A DNA stretch of 64,000 bases. It comes from Adineta vaga. Taxonomy: Eukaryota > Animalia > Rotifera. The notes below the pieces were generated by a model. The model was not told where the DNA came from. It worked only from the letters and a program-made list of their open reading frames with translations, and did no database searches. The position numbers and the translations under genes were made by a program. The DNA lies in assembly GCA_021613535.1 (NCBI GenBank), contig CP075496.1, positions 10,726,001 to 10,790,000 on the forward strand, read 5' to 3'. How positions within the stretch are numbered: the stretch's first letter is position 1; each line of letters starts with the position of its first letter. This document shows, piece after piece, positions 1 to 12,303 of the stretch.

Positions 1-236
1 TGCATATAATCGTTTTTTATTATTAGATGACTCTTCTTCTTCTTCTTCCACTTCTTCCTCAGCATCAATAGGTAATATTGTTTGATCATCATTTTCAGTT
101 TGACTTAAACGAAAATCGTTTAAACGTTCATAAGTTGGAGTAATACGACTATATCTATGATAATGATTGCCTTCGACTTCATCTTCATCGTCACCACTAT
201 CAATATCCCAAAGACGTTGTGCTAATGAACGGTGAT

Positions 237-2169
237 CTATAGGATATCGACGATATGTATATGGTTGACGATGAGATGATAGTACCTGGATTGCCATGTA
301 TGACTACTTGCATAGGATGGTGCTACTCGATAAGGATCAACAACAAAATATTGTTGTTGTGTGGGCGATGAATAAAATGCTGGTGTTGCAGGTGGAAGTG
401 GTAGACGAGAATTACGTACACGTGGATATGGATATTGTATGTATCGATGATCTTGACCGGAACGAATACGACGAGTTTTTGGTAAAGATAAAGGTGGTGA
501 TTTAACGAGTATACGCATTTTAACGGGTGTTGTTTGGTAATTTTGTGAACTACATAAGATTGGTATAATCGATTCATCGGGACGTGATGGTACATAGGAT
601 GAATAATATATTGAAGAAGTTGATGGTGGATGTACACTTGAATGATATCGATGAGAATAATTAGATCTTAATGTTGGATTTAGTAATGTAGATGATGTAC
701 TGCTTGAAGTTGACTAGAAAAAAACAAACAAATAATTCGTGATTTTGTTGATAATTCAAATAAATAAATAGAAAGATTCATACCTGGCGTTTTAATGATA
801 GTGATGGTACTTGTAGACGTTGTTCAGATTGATGAATGGATGTATTCATCTTAATTTCATTCTTCATTGAATCATTTGGTGGATTATTTGATTTATACAT
901 TGTATTAGAATGTTCGTTATCAACTAAAATATCGATGATTTCAGTTGGAGTTGTTTTGTCTATATTTCTGACTTTAAATGGACCTCGAGGTGTTCGTGTA
1001 ATAGGTAGAAATGTTCCACTCGCACCTAGTTCATACGATACTTCACTATCATTTGATAACGTTTGTAATTTATTCGTGTCCATTCTATCTTTATATTTGT
1101 CATGAAGAAGAGAATCTTCATCTCTAGCATCTTCATTGGCTACTAATTTATTACTAAATAAAGTTGTTTGAGTAATATTAATATTATTCAAATCAATTTT
1201 TGAATAGAAATAAATTTGTGGAATTAATATGAAAAATAGACATATTGTACCGATTGTAAACATACCAACAATAATTACAGGAAATACCAATGATGAATGT
1301 GTATAATGATACATAAATGTCCATAATAACCACGCAATATCAATTAATATAAAAGCAAACATATTAAAACATGTCAAAGATGTTTTGGTCTTATATATTC
1401 TTGATGATTGTTCTTTTTGAATTTTACTTCGATGATGACAACGACGACAAAGAAATAGACATATTGCTATTAACGTACATACTAATAATTCTATCATTGC
1501 ATAGGTGTATGTCCCATAAAATCGATAATCAACAATACATTGAAGTGAACATGATTTCATCGATGATGTTGATACACTATGTTTTTGAAATGATAGGTCT
1601 AATTTTGGATATTCATCAATTGTTTGATATGGACAAGCACGTGGAAATGTAAAATACCACCAAAGTATTCCAATTGGTATTTGTACAAATACAAGTAATA
1701 AATAAATCAATAAAGCTGTCATTTGTTTTGTTCGATTGGATAGAATTCTTGCAGCTAACCATTGCATGATATAACGACATAATAATGCTGAATAAAGTAA
1801 TGCATATGCTAATTGAGAAAGAAATTCTCTTAAACTACAAAATAATTCATTGCCACGTATTAGAAAAAAGATGACAATAAGATAGATAAAACAAACACTG
1901 AAACAAATAAATACATTAGTTAATATCAGATGATTATTTAAATAACGAATTGAAATACATAGAAATATGAATAGAATGATTATTGTAATTAAAATTCCTA
2001 AGATTGAGAGAATAAAAATTGGAAATATCCATGGATTATGAAAGGATATAAATGAAAATGTTTGATTATCAATTAATTGTATATTATAATTAGAATTATC
2101 AAGGGAATTCGAAAAAAAATAAAGCGATTGTGATTGTATGATCGAAGAATTTAATAATGGTATATCCAT
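237..2169 (-). CDS. Class C (7tm_3-type) GPCR-like seven-transmembrane protein with a short N-terminus (no Venus-flytrap domain) and a long Ser/Pro-rich C-tail
   Basis: ORF 778-2169 has seven hydrophobic segments with class C hallmarks (FCSLREFLSQLAYALLYSALL; LLLVFVQIPIGILWW; FFILIPQIYF). A phase-0 intron (donor CAG|gta near 783, acceptor ctag at 714-715) joins exon 713-237 (STSSSTSS...MRILVKSPP...). A probable 5'UTR intron runs from donor CAG|gtaag near 3678 to an acceptor at 2191-2192. The true C-terminus may continue in another frame to the window edge (see findings). Confidence 0.75.
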
Positions 2170-5100
2170 ACTGATTTCATTCAGATAAATCTAAATAATC
2201 AGAAAAAAAGAGAAATGAAGATATGATAATGTACATTTAGATAGACTAAATAGTTTCTTTCATATGGTCAGTTCATCAATAACAAGTGAAAAATTGACTG
2301 TAAACAATAGGACAAGATGTCTCTTCAGTCAACCCCGAGGGTGCATCGTCTATATTCATACATACATCTACATATATATATATGGCTCAACAATATCATT
2401 ACTACTATTATTACTACTACTACTACTACTACTATTTTTATTATCATTATCGTCTTCAAAAAAGCTAATGGAATCGATAACATTTGATATAGATATTTTT
2501 ATGTCTTGTTATTGTTATTGTTTAGTTCTATTTCGATGTTTTGATCTCCCTCTCGATTTCTCGATTTCTCTCATCAACAAGATCAAAATTCTCTTCAATC
2601 AAAAAGTTAAATTGAAATCGGAAATTGTATTTTCTTAATAATATGTATTTAAATCATGAAAAAAACGAAAGGTTGAGGCGGCGTTTGACACGCCTCATTA
2701 TGTCCGTCCTATTCGTATGCATTCATATTGTCTAATTTTCTCGCATGAAATCAACTCTTTCCTCCTCGTTATTTCGCATACAATTCAAGGTAGACTTCAT
2801 TAAATTGGCTACAGTTACTTCATGCGAATATACATATATATATATTTATTAGCATCTATTAGACTACTCATGATTCATTTGACAATCGATTGCATAAATA
2901 AATCTTTCTACACACCTATTGAAGATCTTCTCTCACTTCCTATTATAATATGGTGAGAAAATGTTGACTTCAATCTCTATATGTGAGGGAGAGAGAGAAT
3001 ACATATATAAATAGATGCAAGATGATCTAGAGAGATCTACATTAACATATAAACTGTATATTAGACGGCAACTGTCATAGTAGAAGACAGTTTGGTTTCA
3101 ATATTATACATTTCATTTGTCCTTGAGAAAGAGATGAATAGATAGTTATAGTTAATGAGAGATGTATTGAAATGAGATAAGATATATGTAAACAAATGAT
3201 GAATGCAACTGAATTAACAACGAAAGATTTTCAAAAAACGTTGTACTAACTTTTAAACTTACTTTAATAGATCAAATGAATAAGAAATTTATCTCCTTTC
3301 TCGACAATCAAAACATGACACATCTAAGAGATGATCAATATATAATAGTCGTACTCTTTGTTTTGTACACATGCACACACATCTATTAACATAATCTCAT
3401 TTTAAAATAGATACAAGATGCACACATACATTTCTTCACAAGTCAAAATTATAACTGCTATATCAAAATTGCAATCAATTTTCAATCGATTCTCATCTCT
3501 TTCATGTTGCTTATTTATCGATTATAAAATATGACAAAAAAAAAGACTTTCGTTTTGATAGATCACTTGACTATTTATCTGAATAGTTATGAATATGTAC
3601 GCATTATATCACAATATCGAAAAGATAACAATACATCATCGGACAATTGAAAGAAAAAAAATTATAAAAAAGCCTTACCTGATATGACTAATTCTCCTTA
3701 GTTGAATATGTTTAAATGAGTATTAAAGATGCCAATTGACGGACACTATAGATACATGTAGGCTCACATGTACATACATACATACACACATATATATATA
3801 TGTATGAAAATGTGTGTCACAGTCATTAACATTCATGAATGATAATAAGAAGAGAACGAGAAGGAGAAAGAGAAATCGACGAGAAAGGATACTTTTTTTG
3901 CATGGCGACTATAACTTTTGCAGTTTATTCAAAATGAGACAAGAAAAAGGAGAAAGAAGAAAAGGAACACCAGTTCTTTTTCTTCTCGCTGCCATTTACG
4001 TTATCAAGAGAGAAACAGTACCAATCACTGTTCATATGATGATCAATTACAAATGAGAATAATAAAAATTGAATGACAATCACTCTCACATTAGTCAAGC
4101 AATTGAAAAACAAAAAGGCACTCTATCACATCAAAGATTATAACCAGAATTATACAATCCACTCATTTGGTTCTATTTTAAACTTATATCGAATGACTAA
4201 GAAGGTCATTGATACAAAAATGTGAAAGTCAAATGACTTTGCCTCTTTCTCATGTCACTGCTAGTGTTAACATGAACGAAGATTTGATTAAAAGAAAATC
4301 TCCGGCATGGAAGTAAAAGATAATTCTCATACAATTAAACTGCTTGCATAATAGCGACAAAGACAATGAAGAAGTAGGAATGCAAATATAGGAAATTGAA
4401 TCAGATTTGTTAGATGAGATGAAAAAAGACATAGGAAGAGAGATGGAAAAAGACATTTTTTTCTCTCTCCATTACATTCAAGTATATGAATAATTCCAAT
4501 CAATAAGTATATTTATTTTCTTCGCTGAAAGTACAAAATGATTACATTTCAACTATTGCTTTTTTTTCTTCTCTATATATAATCAAGCAAAATCTTGTCG
4601 AGTGTTTTTTATCAAAGGTATGTTCAATAGAACATATGCTATGAAGTAAGCTTACACAAAAGAAAAATGTACTAATTAGAGATTCTGTATACATATGAGA
4701 ACAATGTTCATTACAGGCAAACAGATTGTCTGTACGGCTGACGCCTTTCTTTTTCTTCATAGTTGAATAATCGATTAGAATCATTCTGTCTTTCTTTAGT
4801 TCTCTACTCTTATACATTGCCCCCCTTTTTCCACTTAACAATCACATTCAATTAGATTGTTTTACATGCCTGAACATCTTACAAAAGTAAATTATTATTA
4901 TTATTATCATTGTCTACTATAAAAGAATGCCATATTAGAATGAAAATCATCAGATGTAAGACCGTCTATGTTGATTGCTTATGATAAAGTAAATCGAACA
5001 TATAAATAATGTCGATTGTATAGAAGTGAGTAAAGCCATAGAAACAATTACTTGATAATCGTATTCATCGTCATCATCTTTATGAAAATAAATAGAAGTA

Positions 5101-5192
5101 GAGCATATAAACACTACTTGAAAGAGATGAAAGTGTGCAAAGAACATCAATATAATTGATCAGAGATTTCTTTTATGTCACACAAATTCATC

Positions 5193-5590
5193 ATATACAA
5201 AAGAAAGAAAGAAAGAATGAACCAACAACTAATTCGAATTTTTCGCCGTTAAGCCTAGACTAAAACTTGTTGGTATTGATTTTTAAGAAACAAGTCTAAA
5301 CTTAAACAATGTTTCGATATTAACTGATCATCACACTCTTTTGTTCATATGCATTTGTTAATTGAAGTTTTTGTTCAATAAAGAATTTCTCGAAATAATC
5401 ACTAAAACAAAGAGAGATGGATTAGAAGAAAGAAATAAAAACTTGTTCAAGTAGATCAGACAGGATCAGATATATGCCACGCGAAAAAGAATGACTCAAA
5501 TGGAAACCTTGAAATGAAATTAAATCTGCATATATATATATATAGTATTATTGATTTAGAAGGTTATAGATTTGTTCTCGTGACTGTCAA
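5193..5590 (-). pseudogene. Degenerate local duplicate of the MIER1 last intron, last exon and 3' UTR
   Basis: 5339-5404 matches 6644-6709 with 3 mismatches in 66 nt. Flanking blocks are also collinear: 5193 atatacaaaagaaag...gaatga vs ~6358; 5281 ttttaagaaacaagtctaaacttaaac vs ~6556; 5500 tggaaaccttgaaatgaaa vs ~6747. The copy carries internal deletions. Confidence 0.85.
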
Positions 5591-6414
5591 ATATGATTTC
5601 AAAATAAAATTTTTCGATTATAAAAACAGTTTTATAAAAAGAATAAATACGACTTAGACGATATCTGATATTTTCATAGAAGTTTGATGTTTTACTGATA
5701 AAATGGTATTGTTAAGAAACTGCAGAAACAAGAATTTCTTAAGTATAGTTGGTGAAATATGACTGATCTTTTATTGCTTTCTAAACACTGAGGTGAAGAT
5801 TCCAGTATCATTGATTGACCATTATCTCGATAACTTCATCTAATTATGTTTAAAATGACTAGTTTTGATTTAGAAGATTTACTTGATCAAGAACCATCTA
5901 TACTAGGTTTTTTGTAGCAAAGCAGCTAACATCTCACTGTTTGATGATCCTCATAAAGAATGGATGGAATGTACGCAAATATTTCATAAAATAAGAAATA
6001 ATACTTGATTAAGCCAACTAAATAGCTACAATTAAACATACTAATGCTTTAAATAATCAAAGTGTTTGTGAGACACTTCCAATACACAAGAACATAACTT
6101 TCAGATCTTGATTGTACGCAAATATATGTAATATGTATTGCTTTCTTTGTATAGTCCCTCATTGTAATCTTATATTGTTTATCATGTGATATTAATTAAT
6201 CGATATTCCCTTATGTAATGGACTTCATTACTAGTGAACTCATGTCCTTGTCAAATGAGAACGTTATAATTTCTTTTCATTTCTTTTCTAATCGAAACTA
6301 AATGGAATACGGTCAGTACGATTTTTATGTCAGAGATATTTTATTATACAATAAAACATATACAAAAGAAAAGAAAGAATGAATAAACCAAAAATTAACT
6401 CGATCTCTTTCACT

Positions 6415-8220
6415 TTATTTATTATCTTCAATCGACTTTTTTGTGGCCACCACTGGACTTGAACTTGTTGTTATTTGTTCATTGTGACTTAGATCATGTT
6501 GATCAGTATCAGTTGAGTTCATCAATGGTTTTGTTCGTTTCATTGTTGACATTGGTTTTAAAAACAAATCTGAACTTAAACGACGTTTCGTTAATGATTG
6601 ATCACCACTTAATTGAGGGTTTAACAATGATGATGATGAATTATTTTGTTCATATGCATTTGTTAATTGAAGTTCTTGTTCAATGAAGAATTTCTCGAGA
6701 TAATCACTAGAATAAAAAGTTATTCTACTGCATTAGATAGAATTAGTGGACACCTTGAAGTGAAAGTAGATCTTTATATATATATATATGTTCGTAGGAT
6801 GAATAATATTAATGATTCGAAAGGTTATATGATTGTTTTCAACTTGTGTACGAAATTACTAACAACGAATATAAAAGTGATACAAAATACATAATGATGA
6901 CAGAGTCTCAGGAGAATACTTATGGAAAAAAGGACTTTTGAGAAGGTAATTGAACAAATATAGTTCAATGAAAATAATTTGATAAACTAACGTTTTGATA
7001 TAGTGTTTATGTAGTTAAATAATGAATTGGTATAACTTACGTAACATAAGGATGCAGATGAAAACGTCGTTTTTCAACACGATTTTGTCGAACAAAAACG
7101 TCATGACGAGCTGATTTTTTCCAAATGTAATAAAAAAATATAAGTTCATTCACCGTACGATTTGGAAGCTAAATTACATAAGATTTCCCATTTTTTTTCA
7201 AGTTAAAACTAAAAGTTAACCTTAAACGCAGAAAAATCTTTGCCATAATCTTTAAAACATTGTTCAAATTGATCACATTCCGATAATGTCCATGGTGCTG
7301 ATATAACTAAATACAGAAGATTTATGGTCAAAGAAGTAAGATTGACAGTTAGATTTACAAAAGTTCTTGTCAGTTGTGGGTAAACGAAGTTTTTCTAAAG
7401 CTTGCTCGATATTATAATTCGTTGATAGGAGTATTTCGAGTATCATCTCCTGATCAGCTGTTCGAACTAGAATAGAAATGAGTTGTCATAGATATCTGTT
7501 GTTCCTTATAAATAAACGTACATTCTTTAGCAGCTAATTTCAAATATTTATTTACTAACGTCGAATTCTCCTCTTGATTTGCATCCAAAGGCGGAGACCA
7601 AAGTAGTTGATCATAGAAGGGTTCTAGAACAATTCAAATAAGATAGATTTAATTAAAAAATGATCAATTCAAACCTTGATTAATGAGTTCAGTTAAAGCA
7701 ACTAGATCAGGAACAATTGCTTGATAATGGTCACCAATATTGATGGCCTGGCGAACGTGAGCAAGAAGTTATTTAATAATTTTATCTTCAATTTTTCTTT
7801 ATCCTGTCACTTACTTTTTGCCAATAAAATGGAAATGATGAATCATCGATATCTTCTTCATCTCCGTTTTCATCTAGAATACAATCAAGTTTTCAGTAGG
7901 TTATTTTCACTGAATTCTGCTTTCAATTTTTACTTAAGGTCGGATGTTCAGCAATTAATAAACGTTGATAACCATTATCTTCTTGATCACTGGAATCTTC
8001 TTCCTCTTCAGAAGATGAAGAACTTAGTTCTTCCTGCTTTGATACAGTCACATTTGCTATATTTGATGAACTTGTATATAGTTTCCTTAGATCTTCAATT
8101 GGCATATCACTTTCCTAATAAATGAAATGATATATTTTCATATTCTCTTATTAAACATTTATCTTACTACTGTTAGTTTAACAATTTCTGTTTGAATAAA
8201 GTCATCAGTAACATCTGTTC

Positions 8221-8251
<31 letters not shown>

Positions 8252-8338
8252 TTCTTCATTATCAATTTGGTTTTTTATCTCATTTAATAGCTGTTCTTCT
8301 TCAGTATGTTCTGATTTTGAAGCTTGATTTTCAGCCAT
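6415..8338 (-). CDS. MIER1: Mesoderm induction early response (MIER) family ELM2-SANT transcriptional corepressor, multi-exon
   Basis: The spliced translation gives ESDMPIEDLRKLY, an acidic tract, WQK|AINIGDHYQAIVPDL (ELM2 start), DQLLWSP, and PWTLSECDQFEQCFKDYGKDF...LPNRTVNELIFFYYIWKKSARHDVFVRQNRVEKRRFHLHPYVT|DYLEKF (SANT plus the MIER-specific tail). ATG at 8338. Confidence 0.9.
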
Positions 8339-8775
8339 CGATAAAATTTTATCTAAATAATCGAAGCAAACTAAACAATATCACATGAGATCAGAGAACA
8401 TCTTCTACTTGTAAAAAGAAAAACTTTATTTTTTAATTCAATGAACAAAAAACAACAGAAACATGAGTTTAAAATGTCGATGTCACATGCATCTGCGTTT
8501 TGTAAAGATGAAAGTGTTTCAATATCATTATCTAGCTGGATTAAAATTGTGCTAAACTCGTATCATTTTCATGACTGAAAATCTATGACTAAATTGCTTT
8601 TTTTGTATTTTTTTTAAAACAAGAATTTAGTCAGTTTGTCTAAGTAATCGAATATGAAAACATCGAAGTCAAATTCGATGTATAATTATGCTTGATTAAA
8701 TAGTTGTATATATGTTAAAAAGTAAGTACATGATACAAAACGAAACATAAGATATTATATTGTAAGAAGCGATAT

Positions 8776-10746
8776 TTAATCAGTTGTTGATCCACTTCCA
8801 AGATCTGAAAGAACTGATCGTTTAAATGAACCAACCATATAACGAAACTATAGAAAAGAAGAAATAATTTAATTATTAACTTGTGAACGATAAAATTAAC
8901 ATACTGCAATGATAGCCACAACGCTTCCTAAGATGGCACCACTAAGGACATCTGTAGCATGATGACGATTATCTGTAATACGTGTGATGCCTTAAAAAAC
9001 AATAGGACATATATGAATCGGAAAGGAGATGAAAATGAAACGAACCAATATAAGCCGCTAAAGCAAAACAGAGCATTTCCATTACATATGGAAATAGACC
9101 AATATTACGGTAATTCCAGACTTTATGTATATAAAGCTAGAAATAATGAAGAGATCAACTACTTTTGAATATATAAAGGAAGAAGAAAACGTACAGCTAA
9201 GAATATCAAACCACAAAAAGCTGTTGAGGCATGACCAGATGGAAATGATTGACTGAAAAAAAAGTACAATTATTTATGTCATAACATGAATCTATAGAAT
9301 TCATCTTTCGATTATATACAAAGTCTCTAATATCAAAAAAAAGATATTTTAGTTTTCGTTGAAAGTCAAATATTAACTTAAGATTGTATTTCTAATCAAT
9401 TGATTTTGCTACATTAACTTTATGATCGTTCTATAAATCGACTCTACGCTAATCGATGATAAAATTTTCGTGAAAAGAAAAAGAATGTCTTCTGGCTACG
9501 AATTATATTCTCTTTACATACCGAATATCATGAGCACCATCTTTTTCTTTCACAATATCACTTGTTTCTCCCAGACATGTATAATTAACGAGCCATTCAT
9601 TAGGATCATTACAAAAATCTTTATAAGAATATTTTCCAAAACATGATGGGATAAAATGTGGTCGTAACCGACCAACAGTGACTTTGCCAACATTCGTTAA
9701 AAATGAATTAGCACAGTTTGCAAAGATGAATACACCTAGTAAACAACATAATTATTTTCTACTAAAAAATTCTAATCCTAAACATACCAACAATAATATA
9801 AAGATTACCCAACCATTCAGAAATATCGTACACATTTGTACGAATTTGAATTTTATAAACTACTTTTGCAGCTTTCTTTCGAATTAAATAATACCAACGA
9901 ACACCTTCTGACAGAATAATCTAAAACCAAAAAAAACTCAACCTATCTTTGCTTTTTTCAAATAATCTACATACGACAATTAATGGTATAATAATTGCAC
10001 ATACAAATAAAAGCCAAGTTGGAAAAACTTTTTTTTCGGGTGGTGGATGATAAAGATTTAAATCCGAACATAAAAATGCACGGCGTACAGGTTTTACAAG
10101 ATATTTAAACATTAACCATGTTAGAAGTACTATTGTAAATAAAAATCACATAAATATATGAAATTAATAAAGGAACACATACCAATGATAAGTGAAATAC
10201 CATCAAACACGATTTTCAATACTGATACTGGTTGTAAAATTGCTGTACGACTAAAATTAAAAACAGATGCGGTTGATGTATATACATAAATAAAGAATAT
10301 TTTTTAATCATAGAAAACCTTTTAGTATCTGCCGATGAAATCTCCATCGAACCATAGGACATAACTGAACCGTCAGATCTGAGTGCATTAGTTCTCATTG
10401 TAGAGGCAAAAAAATGATTCAACAACTATTCGTTGAATGGTATTTTTATATCTTTTTTCTTCTTCTTCTTCTTCTTTATTCTGTTCTATATGATCATAAA
10501 GAGAAAGAGAGAAAAAAATCGAATACCTTCGTACTGCCACATTTGGTGTTGCAAGCCATTTTCTTTCAGGTGAATCATCGCGATAGTTTTGTGGACGTGC
10601 TGTATCGCTTTTCATTTTTTGTTTGAAATCGGTTGGTGATGGTCGTTGACGACAGGACGAACTTTGTTCTAAACCAAGTGTAGTATCCGAATCAGTATCA
10701 GCCACTGCGAGATTAGTTTTTATCCTATTCTGAATCGAATTTATAT
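8776..10746 (-). CDS. Phospholipid phosphatase (PAP2/LPP, wunen-like), downstream paralog A, multi-exon
   Basis: All three PAP2 catalytic motifs are present: KVTVGRLRPHF (C1), QSFPSGHAS (C2) and TRITDNRHHATDVLSG (C3). Also RRAFLCSD and several TM helices. Stop TAA at 8778-8776. The first exon begins at an acceptor (10747-10748) and its 5' end is uncertain. Confidence 0.9.
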
Positions 10747-10786
10747 CTATAAATGATCGAGAAAAAAGCTTGATGTAAGTCAGATA

Positions 10787-10792
10787 TTTATT
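10787..10792 (-). terminator. Putative polyadenylation signal (AATAAA) of PLPP paralog B, about 40 nt upstream of the acceptor of paralog A
   Basis: tttatt on + at 10787-10792, lying between stop 10824 and acceptor 10748. Confidence 0.55.
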
Positions 10793-10823
10793 GTTATAGG
10801 AAAGAAAAGCAAATTAAAATAGT

Positions 10824-12303
10824 TTAAAAAGTATCAGATTGTTTATTGAAACGATTCATATTATTCATTGAGAGATCTCCATTTTGCGTTAGTGATGTTT
10901 TTGGACAGCCATGTGCTGCAGTATAAGGTAAAAATCTTGGATCATAATGACGCCAATTAAGAATAAATTTAAATGTAACAAAAGCGATCAATGAACCAAC
11001 TACACCACCAACAAACACATCATTCCAATGATGATGAAAATCACTGATACGTGTATATCCTAAAAGAGATTCAATGGATGAGAGATGATTTTCAAACAAA
11101 AAACAAACATAGTTTTATTTACCAACATAAAATCCAAGAATAGCAAAACCTGTTTGAAATAAATGACCAAGAATACCAAGATGACGCCATGACCATGAAA
11201 CATGAATATACATTACTAACCAACCCAAACCAACTAGAACATCAAAGAAAAAAAAAGAAGAGATATTTTTGTCAGTAATTTATCTTCAAATGTCTATTCG
11301 AAGTTTTTTTCCAATAGAAAACTTACAAAATAATGGTGCAGTATGTCCACTAAAAAACGATCGTCTAAATGAAATAGAGAGAAATATTTTCTACTTATAT
11401 TGTTTCATTTGATAATACAATATACCGTGCTTCCCGAACAGCTGTATAATCTGTATTTAGACATGTATAATGCTGATCAGAAATTTGATATGAATTATAT
11501 ACGTCGATGGGTGCAGCTGCTGCACTTGAACAATTAAAACTCGGTTGACAAACAGCCAAAAAATGTGGCCGTAATTCTCCAACAAAATTTTTTGCTACTT
11601 CCGTTAATACCCATGTTGATAGATAACCATATGCAAATACCACTAGATAAATAATAAGAAATGAATTTTCTTCAAGAGAAAAACATAACAAATTTCTTCA
11701 CCTGTAAGAATATATAAATTACGAACAAAAGGAGAAATACGAATTGTTTTTGAATGACATAATTCGAGACGAATTAAAAATACTTCTTTGGGATATCGTG
11801 TAAAATAGAATCGTTTACAGAATTCTGTCGCCCACATCTATTAATTGATTATTATTATTATTATTATTATTAAAGATAGAAATTCATTCAATTACCCAAA
11901 TTAGTGGAAGAGCAATCGACAAAATAACTGCTGCATATGTTGGTATAGTATTGTCTTTATAAGGATACTTTATTGATGTATCCGAACAAAAGAATCCACG
12001 TGAAAATGGTACGGCAACATAATGTGAAATAACTGTAACGACCAATACTAAATAATCAAAACCAAATCATCAATAATATTTTCTTTGAAAAAAGGATATA
12101 TCATTTACATATGCTAAGACTGATTACATCGAGTATAACACGCCATATTGTTTCGGTATGATGATATTGATCAGTTGCTAGTGGTTCTGATGTAGGTACA
12201 GCAATAGCTGTAGACGATGATGGTTTTCCGTTTCTCATTGGAACTATAGTTTTTTCTTCTGTTCCAATTGGATGAATGTCGTTTCGATGGTGTGATCCGA
12301 GCA
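10824..12303 (-). CDS. Phospholipid phosphatase (PAP2/LPP, wunen-like), upstream paralog B, multi-exon
   Basis: Motifs [39 protein letters not shown] (C1), RSFFSGH (C2) and [18 protein letters not shown] (C3). Stop at 10824. Possible small upstream exons at 13348-13296, 13189-13091 and 12976-12942. Confidence 0.9.

Noticed and set aside
2264-2638. 124-aa ORF with a poly-Leu pseudo-TM segment
   Set aside because: It is produced by (TA)n and (CTA/TTA)n microsatellites inside the GPCR intron.
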